DNA of 64,000 nt from contig CBDUEV010000006.1 of NCBI GenBank assembly GCA_965366365.1, positions 1,429 to 65,428 on the forward strand, read 5' to 3'. The notes under the pieces were generated by a model. It did no database searches and was not told the origin of the DNA. It worked only from the letters and a program-made list of their open reading frames with translations. Shown here piece by piece: positions 49,923 to 61,620 of the stretch. How positions within the stretch are numbered: the stretch's first letter is position 1; each line of letters opens with the position of its first letter. The stretch comes from an uncultured Acidimicrobiia bacterium. GTDB lineage: Bacteria > Actinomycetota > Acidimicrobiia > Spongiisociales > JAENVV01. A program made the translations under genes and the position numbers.

Positions 49923-50383
49923 CGGAACTCCTAGGAGGAACGAGGTGGGCAGAAGATTACGAATGGGGGTGGGCAATGTCAAAGCCGTCGAGGACGAAAA
50001 GCCAAATCCCCATCGTGTAATTCGCCGGTCGAACCGGTGTCGCGGGCTCCAGGCTGCTGGCTCCCGTCACCTGGGGTATTTATAGAGTCACGGCAAGTGA
50101 AGACAGCTAGGCCGCGAAGAAAAGCTCTATCCCGCGAAAAGTGGCCTAGGCGCCTGACGGGTCCTTCCCGAGCCGGGACGCGAAAACCTACCCTAGAAAA
50201 ACCAGTCCCGACGTGGCCTTTCGCGGTCTCGACCGGTACCGTCGGGCTCGGCAGAGTGCCTTTTTCTCGTTCTTGAAGCCGCCAGCTTCCTCGACCTACA
50301 CTCCCAACGCCGCACCAGGTGAGTCGGCTCTCTCGCTTCCCCCTGACGACCTGGACGCGTGCACCCGGCTATGGAGCTGGGAG

Positions 50384-50416
50384 CTTTCCACATGATGTGG
50401 ATATACCTGTGGAAAA
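50384..50416. promoter_or_regulatory. cluster of three DnaA boxes upstream of dnaA
   Basis: CTTTCCACA (50384-92), TGTGGATAT (50396-04) and TGTGGAAAA (50408-16) are 8/9-type matches to TT(A/T)TCCACA in alternating orientation; an SD sequence AGGAGG follows before the GTG start. Confidence 0.65.
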
Positions 50417-50441
50417 CAAGAAAGAGGTCTAGGAGGGCCCT

Positions 50442-51848
50442 GTGACGCAAGTGACTGCAACCGAGTGGGAACTCTTCCGTGACACGGTTCGATCCAAAGT
50501 CACGGACGTCACCTGGCAGAACTGGCTGGCAGCCCTCCAAACAGAGGGCACCGAGGACAACGTACTCCACCTCACGGCCCCGAGCGACTTCCATCTTCGG
50601 TGGGTGTTCGACAAACACCTCGAGGTGCTCGAAGCGTCGGCTCGCTCGGTGTACGGCTCCGACATCGTCATCGATCTGTCCATGAACCCGGACCACGAGA
50701 TCCCCGCAACTCCGGCGGCCGACCTGGAACCAACCGCTGGGCAACCGGCCGGCCGGCAACCGGTTGGCGAACCTCCGCGGCTACATCAGCTGCCTCCCCG
50801 CGAGTTGGATGATCAGCCGGAAGCCAGCCGGCTCCTGGCCCGGTACACCTTCGACCATTTCGTCGTTGGTTCCTCCAACCAGTTTGCCCACGCGGCCGCA
50901 ATGGCCGTAGCGGAACAGCCGGGCCGCCACTACAACCCCCTGTTCATCTACGGCGCCGCCGGATTGGGGAAGACCCACCTGCTGCACGCTGTCGGGCATC
51001 ACTCCATCGAGCTGAACCCCCGCTGTGTCGTGCGCTACGTCAGCTCGGAGAATTTCTTCAATCAATTCATCAACGGCATCCGCCGGAAGAAGATGGACGA
51101 GTTCAAGACCCGCTATCGAACCACCGATGTGCTCCTGCTCGACGATGTTCAGTTTTTCGAAGGGAAGGAGCAGATCCTCGAGGAGTTCTTCCATACCTTC
51201 AACAGCCTGTACGAGTCGGGCAAACAGATGGTGATCAGTTCGGACCGTCACCCCCGCAACCTCGCCTCACTCGAGGACCGCCTCAGGAGCCGCTTCGAAT
51301 GGGGTCTTCTCACTGACATCCAACCGCCGGATGTGGAGACTCGCCTGGCCATCCTCAGGAAGAACACCGACAGGGTCCGACAGCAGTTTCCCGAGGATGT
51401 GCTCCGGTTCATCGCCGAGAACGTCCACGACAACATCCGCGAACTCGAGGGCGCCCTCACCCGCGTGACGGCCTATTCGACCCTCACCGCCAGCGCCATC
51501 GACCTCGCCATGGCCCAGCAAGTGCTGGCTGACCTGGTACCCAATTCTGCGTCGCGTCCCCTCACCCCGGAAGACATCCTGAGAACGACGGCCGCCAAAT
51601 TCGGCTTTGCGGTAGAGGACGTCACCGGGCCGAGCCGTCGAGCACCCCTGGTCCTGGCCCGGCAGATCGCCATGTACCAATGCCGGGAACTGACCAGCTT
51701 GTCTCTGCCTCGAATCGGAGCCCTGTTCGGAGGGCGTGATCACACGACCGTCATGTACGCCATCGGCAAGGTCAAGTCACGCATGGAGACCGATCCGGAC
51801 GTCTTCGAGAGTGTGAACAAGTTGTCCCAGGAGCTGAGGAGAACATGA
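50442..51848 (+). CDS. dnaA: chromosomal replication initiator protein DnaA
   Basis: AAA+ Walker A GAAGLGKTHLL, DnaA signature and C-terminal DNA-binding helix; GTG start. Confidence 0.92.
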   Translation: MTQVTATEWELFRDTVRSKVTDVTWQNWLAALQTEGTEDNVLHLTAPSDFHLRWVFDKHLEVLEASARSVYGSDIVIDLSMNPDHEIPATPAADLEPTAGQPAGRQPVGEPPRLHQLPPRELDDQPEASRLLARYTFDHFVVGSSNQFAHAAAMAVAEQPGRHYNPLFIYGAAGLGKTHLLHAVGHHSIELNPRCVVRYVSSENFFNQFINGIRRKKMDEFKTRYRTTDVLLLDDVQFFEGKEQILEEFFHTFNSLYESGKQMVISSDRHPRNLASLEDRLRSRFEWGLLTDIQPPDVETRLAILRKNTDRVRQQFPEDVLRFIAENVHDNIRELEGALTRVTAYSTLTASAIDLAMAQQVLADLVPNSASRPLTPEDILRTTAAKFGFAVEDVTGPSRRAPLVLARQIAMYQCRELTSLSLPRIGALFGGRDHTTVMYAIGKVKSRMETDPDVFESVNKLSQELRRT

Positions 51849-52038
51849 CGCTTATCCCCATCCATCCCCATCCAGATTCTGGGTGGCGCGAAGAACTGGG
51901 CGATTCTCCCCACCCCCTGTTGAGAGAGAAAGTACGCTGACCAGGCACTTCGTTGAGTTTTCCACTTTCCACAACCCCTAATACTGTTACTACCGGTTTA
52001 AACAGAAGAACAGAAAGAGAAGAAGGGCTGGCCAACCT
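51849..52038. other. candidate oriC (dnaA-dnaN intergenic: DnaA boxes plus AT-rich unwinding region)
   Basis: TTATCCCCA (51852-60), TTTTCCACT (51958-66), TTTCCACAA (51966-74), followed by a 46-bp AT-rich tract, taatactgttactaccggtttaaacagaagaacagaaagagaagaa, in a ~70% GC genome. Confidence 0.6.
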
Positions 52039-53127
52039 GTGAAGATCCGAGCCGAACGAGATGATCTGGCGGACGTGTTCGACCGCGCCAACCGTGGCGT
52101 GGGTCTCCGGTCAGCGCTACCGATTCTGACGGGAGTGCTGTGCGAGGTGACGGGTAACACCCTTCGGGTCACCGGGACAGACCTCGAGATCACCGTCCGC
52201 ACCACGACCGAGGTCGATGTGCTGGACGAGGGGAGGGTCGTCATCCCCGCCAAGCTGACAGCCAGCGCCATCAGGAAGATGCCGGTTGGGGCGGTCACCC
52301 TGGAATCCAGCGAGGGGGAGTTCCAGATCCTCGGGGGAGGACCGAAGTTCACCGTGCGGGAACTCCCCGTGGATGACTTCCCTCAGGTGCCCGCCGTGGA
52401 TCTCGATGGATCCGTGGACATCAACGGCCAGGACCTCACAGAGGCGATCGCCCAGGTGACGATCGCCGCCTCCGGCGACGCCGCCCGTCCCATCCTCACC
52501 GGGGTGCTCATCGAAAACGACGACCAGGGGCTGCGTCTCGTGGCCACAGACAGCTACCGGCTGGCGGTTCGCACCCTGGCAGGCGTTTCGGTGCCAACGA
52601 CGGGGCTGGTGCCGGCGCGGGGCCTGCGAGAGCTCGGCAAGACCATCGGCTCGGCCAAGGTCCAAGTGGCGATCCCGTCGCGTGAAGCGGTCTTCGCCTC
52701 TGATCGCGGCGTGCTCACCCTGCGGCTCATCGAGGGCAATTTCCCGAACTACCGCCAACTCCTTCCCGAGAGCTACCCGAATCGCATGATCGTGAAGAAG
52801 GAGGCTCTCCTGGAGGCCCTGGGCCGCGCCTCGCTGGTGGCCGAAGATCACATCCCCGTTCGGTTGAGATTGTCCGAGGGGGGCGTCGAGGTGACTGTGA
52901 CCCGGCAGGACGTCGGAGCCGAGGCCGAACACATTCCCGGTGAATACTCGGGGGAGGCCGACGAGGTGCTCATCGCTTTCAACCCCAAATACCTCGCCGA
53001 CGGGGTGGGAGTGATCGACGCCGAAGAGATCGAAATTCAGGTGATCGATGGCCTCAAGCCCAGCGTGATCCGCGGAGTGGGCAAGGATGAGTTTCTCTAC
53101 CTGTTGATGCCGGTTCGCGTGGCGTGA
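52039..53127 (+). CDS. dnaN: DNA polymerase III subunit beta (sliding clamp)
   Basis: Three-domain beta clamp, 362 aa, GTG start; conserved position after dnaA. Confidence 0.9.
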   Translation: MKIRAERDDLADVFDRANRGVGLRSALPILTGVLCEVTGNTLRVTGTDLEITVRTTTEVDVLDEGRVVIPAKLTASAIRKMPVGAVTLESSEGEFQILGGGPKFTVRELPVDDFPQVPAVDLDGSVDINGQDLTEAIAQVTIAASGDAARPILTGVLIENDDQGLRLVATDSYRLAVRTLAGVSVPTTGLVPARGLRELGKTIGSAKVQVAIPSREAVFASDRGVLTLRLIEGNFPNYRQLLPESYPNRMIVKKEALLEALGRASLVAEDHIPVRLRLSEGGVEVTVTRQDVGAEAEHIPGEYSGEADEVLIAFNPKYLADGVGVIDAEEIEIQVIDGLKPSVIRGVGKDEFLYLLMPVRVA

Positions 53128-54221
53128 GGCTCGGCTGGATCGAGCTGACCGACTTCCGCTCCTATCGCCAACTGCGATTCGACCCCGATCCCTCGGTCAA
53201 CGTCCTGGTGGGGAACAACGCAACGGGGAAGACGAACCTGCTGGAAGCGATCGCCTATCTCGGCTCGCTCCGGAGTTTCCGAGGAGCTCCGGAGGCGGCT
53301 CTCGTGCAGCTCGAGGCTCAGGCGGCGGTCATTCGGGGCGAGGTCATCCATGGAGATTCGTCTTCGCTGGTGGAGATCGAGCTGCCGGCAGCAGGACGGC
53401 GCCGGGTGCAGGTGAATCGGCAGCGTCTGGCACGCTCGTCGGACTTGTTGGGACATCTCCGCATCGTGGTGTTCCTTCCCGACGATCTGGATGTCATCAA
53501 GAGGTCGCCCTCCTACCGGCGGGACTTCATCGACCAGGTGGCCGTACAACTCTGGCCCGGAGCGCATCTCGACCAGGCGGAATACGACCGGGCCCTGCGC
53601 CAACGAAATACCCTCCTTCGGCAGATGGGCCGCTCCGCCGACGCTCCGACCCTTGCTGTCTGGAACGAGCGTCTCTCACAGGCGGGGGCGAAGGTCATGG
53701 CACGGAGAGCCCAGGCTTTGGACCGCCTCTCGGAACGGGTCGACGACGCCTACCGTGCGCTCGCCGGCGAAGGCACCCCTGTGTCGTTCTCCTACGACTC
53801 GGACTGGGGTGGGAGCCTGGACGTAGGGATCTCGGCCTCAGAGCATCAGGCGAGGCTGTGGGCTGCTCTGGAGACCGCTGAGCCGACCGACAAGGACCGA
53901 CGCACGACGACGGTCGGCCTGCACCGCGACGAGCCCCAGTTCTTCTTGGCGGGGAGGCCTTCGCGAACGCATGCCTCCCAAGGCGAACAGAGAACGCTGG
54001 TGCTCTCGCTTCGGCTGGCCACCCATCACGCCGTTGCGGCTCTGACAGGCTTGCCACCGCTCTTGGTTCTCGATGATGTCTTCTCCGAACTCGACATGGC
54101 TCGAGCCCAGGCCTTGGCGGACGCGCTTCCCATCGCCCAGACGTTCATCACCACTGCCCGCGACGAGGAGGTGCCGGTGGCCGGCCGCCGGTGGTCCGTC
54201 GAGTTGGGGAGGGTGGCGTGA
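53124..54221 (+). CDS. recF: DNA replication and repair protein RecF
   Basis: Walker A GNNATGKTNLLEAI, SMC-like signature, Walker B LLVLDDVFSELD; GTG start overlapping the dnaN stop. Confidence 0.9.
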   Translation: MRLGWIELTDFRSYRQLRFDPDPSVNVLVGNNATGKTNLLEAIAYLGSLRSFRGAPEAALVQLEAQAAVIRGEVIHGDSSSLVEIELPAAGRRRVQVNRQRLARSSDLLGHLRIVVFLPDDLDVIKRSPSYRRDFIDQVAVQLWPGAHLDQAEYDRALRQRNTLLRQMGRSADAPTLAVWNERLSQAGAKVMARRAQALDRLSERVDDAYRALAGEGTPVSFSYDSDWGGSLDVGISASEHQARLWAALETAEPTDKDRRTTTVGLHRDEPQFFLAGRPSRTHASQGEQRTLVLSLRLATHHAVAALTGLPPLLVLDDVFSELDMARAQALADALPIAQTFITTARDEEVPVAGRRWSVELGRVA

Positions 54222-54532
54222 GCCGTCCCGGCGACGACCGGCCCGGCTTGACGAGCTTGTCCGGTCCGCTTCGCGAGGCGCTTCGACGTCTGGGGCTGGC
54301 CGACATGGATGTCCTGTTGCGCATCATGGCCGACTGGGACGAACTGGCAGGACCCCCGTGGGCCGGGGCCTCGTCCCCTGTCTTTCTGCGGGCGGGGGAG
54401 TTGACCGTCGAGGCCGCCGCCCTGGGAGCAGTCAGAGTGTTGAGATACGCCACCGGAGACCTCATGGAGAAGCTCGACGAGTTCTGTGGTCCAGGGGTGG
54501 TCCAGACGATTCGGGTGGTGGGCCCCGGCTAG
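54218..54532 (+). CDS. DUF721 domain protein (DciA-like, recF-gyrB intergenic gene)
   Basis: Conserved position; GTGA overlap with recF; ~100 aa. Confidence 0.65.
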   Translation: MSRPGDDRPGLTSLSGPLREALRRLGLADMDVLLRIMADWDELAGPPWAGASSPVFLRAGELTVEAAALGAVRVLRYATGDLMEKLDEFCGPGVVQTIRVVGPG

Positions 54533-54627
54533 CGCGCGGGCACGATGCGGGGACGCAGAATCCGGGCCGGCGGGACCGTCCCGAATGCGCCGACAGACCT
54601 TGGGTTTCGGGGGTTTTTCTACTAGAG

Positions 54628-54641
54628 TTACACGTGTGTAA
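54628..54641. promoter_or_regulatory. perfect inverted repeat TTACAC-GT-GTGTAA upstream of gyrB
   Basis: 6-bp arms with a 2-bp spacer, ~67 bp upstream of the gyrB GTG and downstream of a GGGGGTTTTTCT T-tract. Confidence 0.4.
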
Positions 54642-56702
<2,061 letters not shown>

Positions 56703-56714
56703 GACCAGATTCGA

Positions 56715-59153
56715 ATGTCAATCAACGAAGACCAGATCGAAACGCCCGATATCGACATCAATCAGGAGATGTCGTCCTCGTTCCTCGAGTACGCCATGTC
56801 GGTCATCGTGTCACGGGCCCTCCCCGATGTTCGCGACGGGCTCAAGCCGGTCCAGCGGAGAATCATCTACTCGATGTTCGAGAACGGGCTGACCGCCTCG
56901 TCGCAGCACCGGAAGTCGGCCACGGTCGTCGGCTCGGTGATGGGTGACTACCACCCCCACTCGAACGACGCCATCTATGACGCCCTGGTGCGCATGGGCC
57001 AGGACTTCTCACTGCGAAACCCCCTTATCCATCCCCAGGGCAACTTCGGCACGCCCGATGACCCGCCCGGAGCCATGCGATACACCGAGTGTCGCCTCCA
57101 GCCGCTTGCCGACCATCTCCTCGAGAACATCAAGGAAAATACGGTCGATTTCGACTTGAACTACTCGGGCGAGAAGAGCGAGCCGACCGTGCTGCCCGCC
57201 CGGTTCCCGAACCTCCTCGTCAACGGCTCGACGGGGATCGCCGTCGGAATGGCGACGAACATGGCGCCCCACAACCTCGGCGAGGTCGTCGACGCGGTCC
57301 TGTACTCCATCGACAACCCCGACGCTCCGCCCGAGGCCTACCTCGATTATGTGAAGGGACCGGACTTCCCGACCGGCGGTTACATTCTCGGCAACTCCGG
57401 CATCCGCGAGGCGCTTCTCACCGGCCGGGGCTCGATCAAGATTCGCGCCGTGACGGACGTGCAGGAGGTCCGGAAGGGCAAGACCGCCATCGTGGTGACC
57501 GAGCTGCCGTACCAGACGTCGGCAGATCGAATCATCAAGAAGACGGCGGATCTCGTCAACGACAAGAAGCTCGACGGGATCAGCGACATTCGGAACGAGT
57601 CCAGCTCCCGGGTAGGGACCCGGATCGTCATCGAGCTCAAGCGCGACGCCGTGCCTCAGGTGGTGGTCAACCAGCTGTTCAAGCTCACCCAGCTCCAGGA
57701 CTCGTTCGGCGTGAACAATGTGGCGCTCGTCGATGGTGTGCCTCGCACCCTCAGCCTCGCCGACCAGATCGGCTACTACGTCGATCACCAGATGGAAGTG
57801 ATCCGCAGGCGGACTGAGCATCGCCTCAGCGAGGCCGAGAAGCGGGCCCACATCCTCGAAGGCCTGATCATCGCGGTTGACAACATCGACGAGGTGATCT
57901 CCATCATCCGCGGCGCCTCGGATACCGAATCGGCCCGCTTGGCGTTGATCGAGCGCTTCGAACTCTCCGAGATCCAGGCCCGCGCCATTCTCGAAATGCA
58001 GCTGCGGCGACTCACGGGTCTGGCCGTCGACGAGCTCCGCTCGGAGTACGGCGAACTGCAGGAGGCCATCGCCGAATACCGGGCGATCCTGGCTGATCCG
58101 CAACGACAGCGCGACATCATCAAGGACGAATTGTCGGATATCCGCAACAAGTACGCCGAGCCGCGCCGGAGCCGGATCATCCCCGACGAAGGCAACCTCT
58201 CCCTCGAAGACCTCATCGCCGACGACGAGCTGATCGTGTCGGTGACCGAGTCGGGCTACATCAAATCGGTCCCCGCCAATGTGTACCGATCTCAGGGGCG
58301 GGGCGGCAGGGGAGTGAAGGCCGCCGAGATCCACGAAGACGATGTGGTGACCCACCTACTCCACACGACGGCCCACGCCTACCTTCTCTTTTTCACGAAC
58401 CGCGGCAAGGTGCACCGCGTCAAGGCGCACGAGATCCCTCGCCAGAGCCGCACCTCGAAAGGCGTCATGGCCCAGGCCGTTCTGCCGCTCGAACCCGACG
58501 AACGGATCGAGGCCATCGTCGACACGCGTGATTACGAAACCTCCCGATACCTCGTGATGGTCACCAGGAAGGGTGTCGTGAAGAAGACGCCGTTCCAGGA
58601 CTACGACTCCCGTCAGAGCACGCTGATCGCCATCAACCTCCAAGAAGGGGACGAAGTGGTGGAGGTCCGGACGACCAACGGCGAGAACGACGTCCTGTTG
58701 TTCACCCGTGACGGCATGGGCATTCGCTTCGCCGAATCCGACCTTCGACCCATGGGCCGCGCCACACAGGGTGTGCGTGGGATCAAGCTGCGCGAAGGAG
58801 ACGCGGTTATTGGGGCCGCGTCGAACGTCGAGGGCGAGGAGATCCTGATCCTCACCTCGGGCGGGTACGGGAAACGAACGAAGATCAATGAGTTCCGACC
58901 GCAAAAGAGGGGCGGGCTCGGTCTCAAAGCCATGAAACTGACCCGGACCCGCGGCTCACTCGTGGGTGCCCGAGCCGTCAACCCTGGCGATCAGATCTTC
59001 GTGATCGCATCCGATGGCGTGGCCATCAGGACGAATGCGGACTCCGTGAGCCGGCAGAAACGGGAGGCGTCGGGCGTCAAGGTCATCGACATGTCCGCAG
59101 ATGCCTCGGTGGCTGCCTTCGCCAAGGTGGTAGCGGAGGAGGTCGACGGGTGA
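56715..59153 (+). CDS. gyrA: DNA gyrase subunit A
   Basis: Catalytic Tyr region AMRYTECRL, QRDR-like GDYHPHSNDAIYDALVRMGQ, C-terminal beta-pinwheel repeats. Confidence 0.92.
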   Translation: MSINEDQIETPDIDINQEMSSSFLEYAMSVIVSRALPDVRDGLKPVQRRIIYSMFENGLTASSQHRKSATVVGSVMGDYHPHSNDAIYDALVRMGQDFSLRNPLIHPQGNFGTPDDPPGAMRYTECRLQPLADHLLENIKENTVDFDLNYSGEKSEPTVLPARFPNLLVNGSTGIAVGMATNMAPHNLGEVVDAVLYSIDNPDAPPEAYLDYVKGPDFPTGGYILGNSGIREALLTGRGSIKIRAVTDVQEVRKGKTAIVVTELPYQTSADRIIKKTADLVNDKKLDGISDIRNESSSRVGTRIVIELKRDAVPQVVVNQLFKLTQLQDSFGVNNVALVDGVPRTLSLADQIGYYVDHQMEVIRRRTEHRLSEAEKRAHILEGLIIAVDNIDEVISIIRGASDTESARLALIERFELSEIQARAILEMQLRRLTGLAVDELRSEYGELQEAIAEYRAILADPQRQRDIIKDELSDIRNKYAEPRRSRIIPDEGNLSLEDLIADDELIVSVTESGYIKSVPANVYRSQGRGGRGVKAAEIHEDDVVTHLLHTTAHAYLLFFTNRGKVHRVKAHEIPRQSRTSKGVMAQAVLPLEPDERIEAIVDTRDYETSRYLVMVTRKGVVKKTPFQDYDSRQSTLIAINLQEGDEVVEVRTTNGENDVLLFTRDGMGIRFAESDLRPMGRATQGVRGIKLREGDAVIGAASNVEGEEILILTSGGYGKRTKINEFRPQKRGGLGLKAMKLTRTRGSLVGARAVNPGDQIFVIASDGVAIRTNADSVSRQKREASGVKVIDMSADASVAAFAKVVAEEVDG

Positions 59154-59295
59154 GACGGGAACCGATCGGCCCTCCAGGCCGTTGTAGAAGCGTCGCCGGG
59201 AACGGTCCCCACGGGCCGGTCTCGAACGACGAGAAAGCGGGTGTAGCAGGCATCGGCCGTTACACTCCGGTAGGTTCAACCCAACGTCAAGGGAG

Positions 59296-59814
59296 TTGAC
59301 GCAGATGGCTTCAGTACGTCGCGTTCGAAGGATCGTTCGCAAGATCGATCCGTGGACCGTACTCAAGGTCTCCTTTGTCTTCTACGCGGTCATGGCGTTG
59401 GGCTTGGTACTCGGCCTTGTGATCTTCTGGGCATTCGTCAATCAGGCTGGGTACCCCGATACCGTCGAAAGCCTGCTCGCCGATCTCGGCCTGTGGGACG
59501 CCGGTGAATCGCCGACCGTGCCGGAGGGCGACTATCTCTTCCGCGCCATCGCCTTCCTCGGCGTGGCCTGGGCGGTCATGATGACCGGGCTCACCACCCT
59601 CTCGGCCGTCATGTACAACCTCATCTCGGACATGGTGGGAGGCATCGAATTCGTCGTGTTGGAAGAGAGCCTCGCCGGCTCGACGCCGGTCGAACCTTCG
59701 TCTCTCCCGGTGCGGCAGGTCCAGTCCTGGCAGACCAACCCGCCGCCGGCCAAGGCAAGCCAGCCTGGCGCCAAAGAAGCGCCGGAAGGTTCATCGGTCA
59801 GCTCTCCGCTGTGA
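59296..59814 (+). CDS. DUF3566 membrane protein (conserved downstream of gyrA in Actinobacteria)
   Basis: VRRVRRIVRKIDPWTVLKVSFVFYAVMALGLVLGLVIFWA N-terminal pattern. Confidence 0.7.
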   Translation: MTQMASVRRVRRIVRKIDPWTVLKVSFVFYAVMALGLVLGLVIFWAFVNQAGYPDTVESLLADLGLWDAGESPTVPEGDYLFRAIAFLGVAWAVMMTGLTTLSAVMYNLISDMVGGIEFVVLEESLAGSTPVEPSSLPVRQVQSWQTNPPPAKASQPGAKEAPEGSSVSSPL

Positions 59815-61582
59815 CCCTTCCGGGCTGAGGCTGGCGGGGGGTGAGGTTCCGCCCGGGGCGGTCCTGGTCCACCCGCCATGTCACGCCGTGGGCCTCATGG
59901 GGCCGAGACGACACGATGCGGTCGGGGAAGATCGCCCAGAAGCAGGCACCACCGAGGTATTCGGAGGTGCGATAGCCGGTGCGACCCTTGTGGGCGCCGA
60001 CGATGGCGGCCACGATGGCCAGACCGATGCCCGAGCCCTGCACCGTGCTGCTGAAGCGGTTTGAGCCCCGCTCGAAACGATCCCAGATGACCGCCTGATA
60101 CTTCTTTGCCACGCCTGGTCCGTTGTCGTGGACCTCGACGACCAAATCCGAGCCATCGCGCGCGACCCGCAGGAGGGTCTTGCCCCCGCCGTACCTGTTG
60201 GCGTTGGTGAGCAGATTGGCGACGACCTGGATGATCCGGTCACCGTCGACTCGCAGCGTGACGCCTGCGTCGAGATCCACCGCCACCGTGGCGGCGGCCG
60301 AGCCGACAGCCTGAAGAGCGGCGTTGACGACGGAGGACGCTTCGACGAGTTCCTCTCGCAAGGTGATCTGAGCGTTCTTCTCTCGCGAGAGCAGCACGAG
60401 GTCCATGACGATGCGACCCATGTACTGCGCCTGGTCGCGGATGATCCCTGAGAACTCCGCCCGCTCCTCGGGTCCCAGTTCGCCTTGGTCCGCATCGAGC
60501 AGCTCGAGGAAGCCGATCATCGACGTGAGGGGAGTGCGGAGCTCGTGTGAGATGGAAGACACGAGAGCCGACCTTTCCCTCTCCACCAAGCTCCGGTTCT
60601 CTTGGATCGCCAAACCCTGGCGGACTATGACCAGCGTGGCCACGGCCAGCGTGGCCAGGAAGAGAACCAGATCCGGACCGTCCACCGCGGTGTGGAACAC
60701 GCGGTAGGAGAGGAATCCGACCATGCTCAAGGCGACGCTGTAGGGAAGGGCCATCGACCACCATGGCATCTTCCCGTCCACGTATTCGCGCGGCGGGGGT
60801 GCCTGGCCGACCAAGGCGCCGGACGCCAGCACGAACAGGACGGCTGTCAGGTAAGGACCAAAATTCGGGGCAGCTTCCTCGAACAACTTGCCGGCTCCCG
60901 ACAGGAGAAACCCGAGGTCGCCGAAAGTGAGGGCCACATAGCTGGCGCTCAACAGAATCAGCCGCACGTCGAAGTGGTGGCTCCCTCGTCGGACCACCAC
61001 CAGCATGAGCACGATCAACAGGACTGCATCGAGGGCGAGGTATAGGGAACCGAAGAACCTATCGAAGAAGGGGGCTCCCTCGGTGGCCTGCCACATCTTG
61101 TCGAGGGCCAGAACCCAGAAGAGCGCGGCGGCCGACACGGCGCCGACCAGGCCGTCGAGGAGCAGCCGGAGGCGTTGACGGTTGTTGCCCGAGATCTGTG
61201 GGAGCTTGGCGAGGCCGGCCGCAACGAACAGATATCCGCCTGCGAAGAACGCATCGAACGGGCCGTAGGCCGGGGGTTGATACCCCAAGGCGTCGGCAGC
61301 CGCGACCACGAGGACGCCAACGCCGCCGGCCGAGACACCCAATCCGAGCAGGATCCAGGTTGGTCGCTCGTCACGAGGCAGGTCGCGGGCTCCAGCGAAA
61401 AACAACAGGCCGGCGGCTAGGAATCCGACCATGATGCCGACCGGCCCGGCGACCTCGGAGACGTTCGGATCGGCCACAACGGCTATCAGGCAGCCCGCGA
61501 CGAAAAGGCCGGCACCGGTGCTCACCATGAGGCGGCGTCGGCTTACGGCTTTGACTCCACGAGTCGGCGTCTCGCTGTGCAC
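59798..61582 (-). CDS. sensor histidine kinase with polytopic membrane sensing domain
   Basis: About 9-10 TM helices, H-box SHELRTPLTSMIGF, HATPase_c N/G boxes (VHDNGPGV, GSGIGLAIV); no response regulator adjacent. Confidence 0.75.
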   Translation of the reverse strand: MHSETPTRGVKAVSRRRLMVSTGAGLFVAGCLIAVVADPNVSEVAGPVGIMVGFLAAGLLFFAGARDLPRDERPTWILLGLGVSAGGVGVLVVAAADALGYQPPAYGPFDAFFAGGYLFVAAGLAKLPQISGNNRQRLRLLLDGLVGAVSAAALFWVLALDKMWQATEGAPFFDRFFGSLYLALDAVLLIVLMLVVVRRGSHHFDVRLILLSASYVALTFGDLGFLLSGAGKLFEEAAPNFGPYLTAVLFVLASGALVGQAPPPREYVDGKMPWWSMALPYSVALSMVGFLSYRVFHTAVDGPDLVLFLATLAVATLVIVRQGLAIQENRSLVERERSALVSSISHELRTPLTSMIGFLELLDADQGELGPEERAEFSGIIRDQAQYMGRIVMDLVLLSREKNAQITLREELVEASSVVNAALQAVGSAAATVAVDLDAGVTLRVDGDRIIQVVANLLTNANRYGGGKTLLRVARDGSDLVVEVHDNGPGVAKKYQAVIWDRFERGSNRFSSTVQGSGIGLAIVAAIVGAHKGRTGYRTSEYLGGACFWAIFPDRIVSSRPHEAHGVTWRVDQDRPGRNLTPRQPQPGRVTAES

Positions 61583-61620
61583 CTCATAGGTATCGGCCGG
61601 CTGGGCGTCGAGCTGAATGA

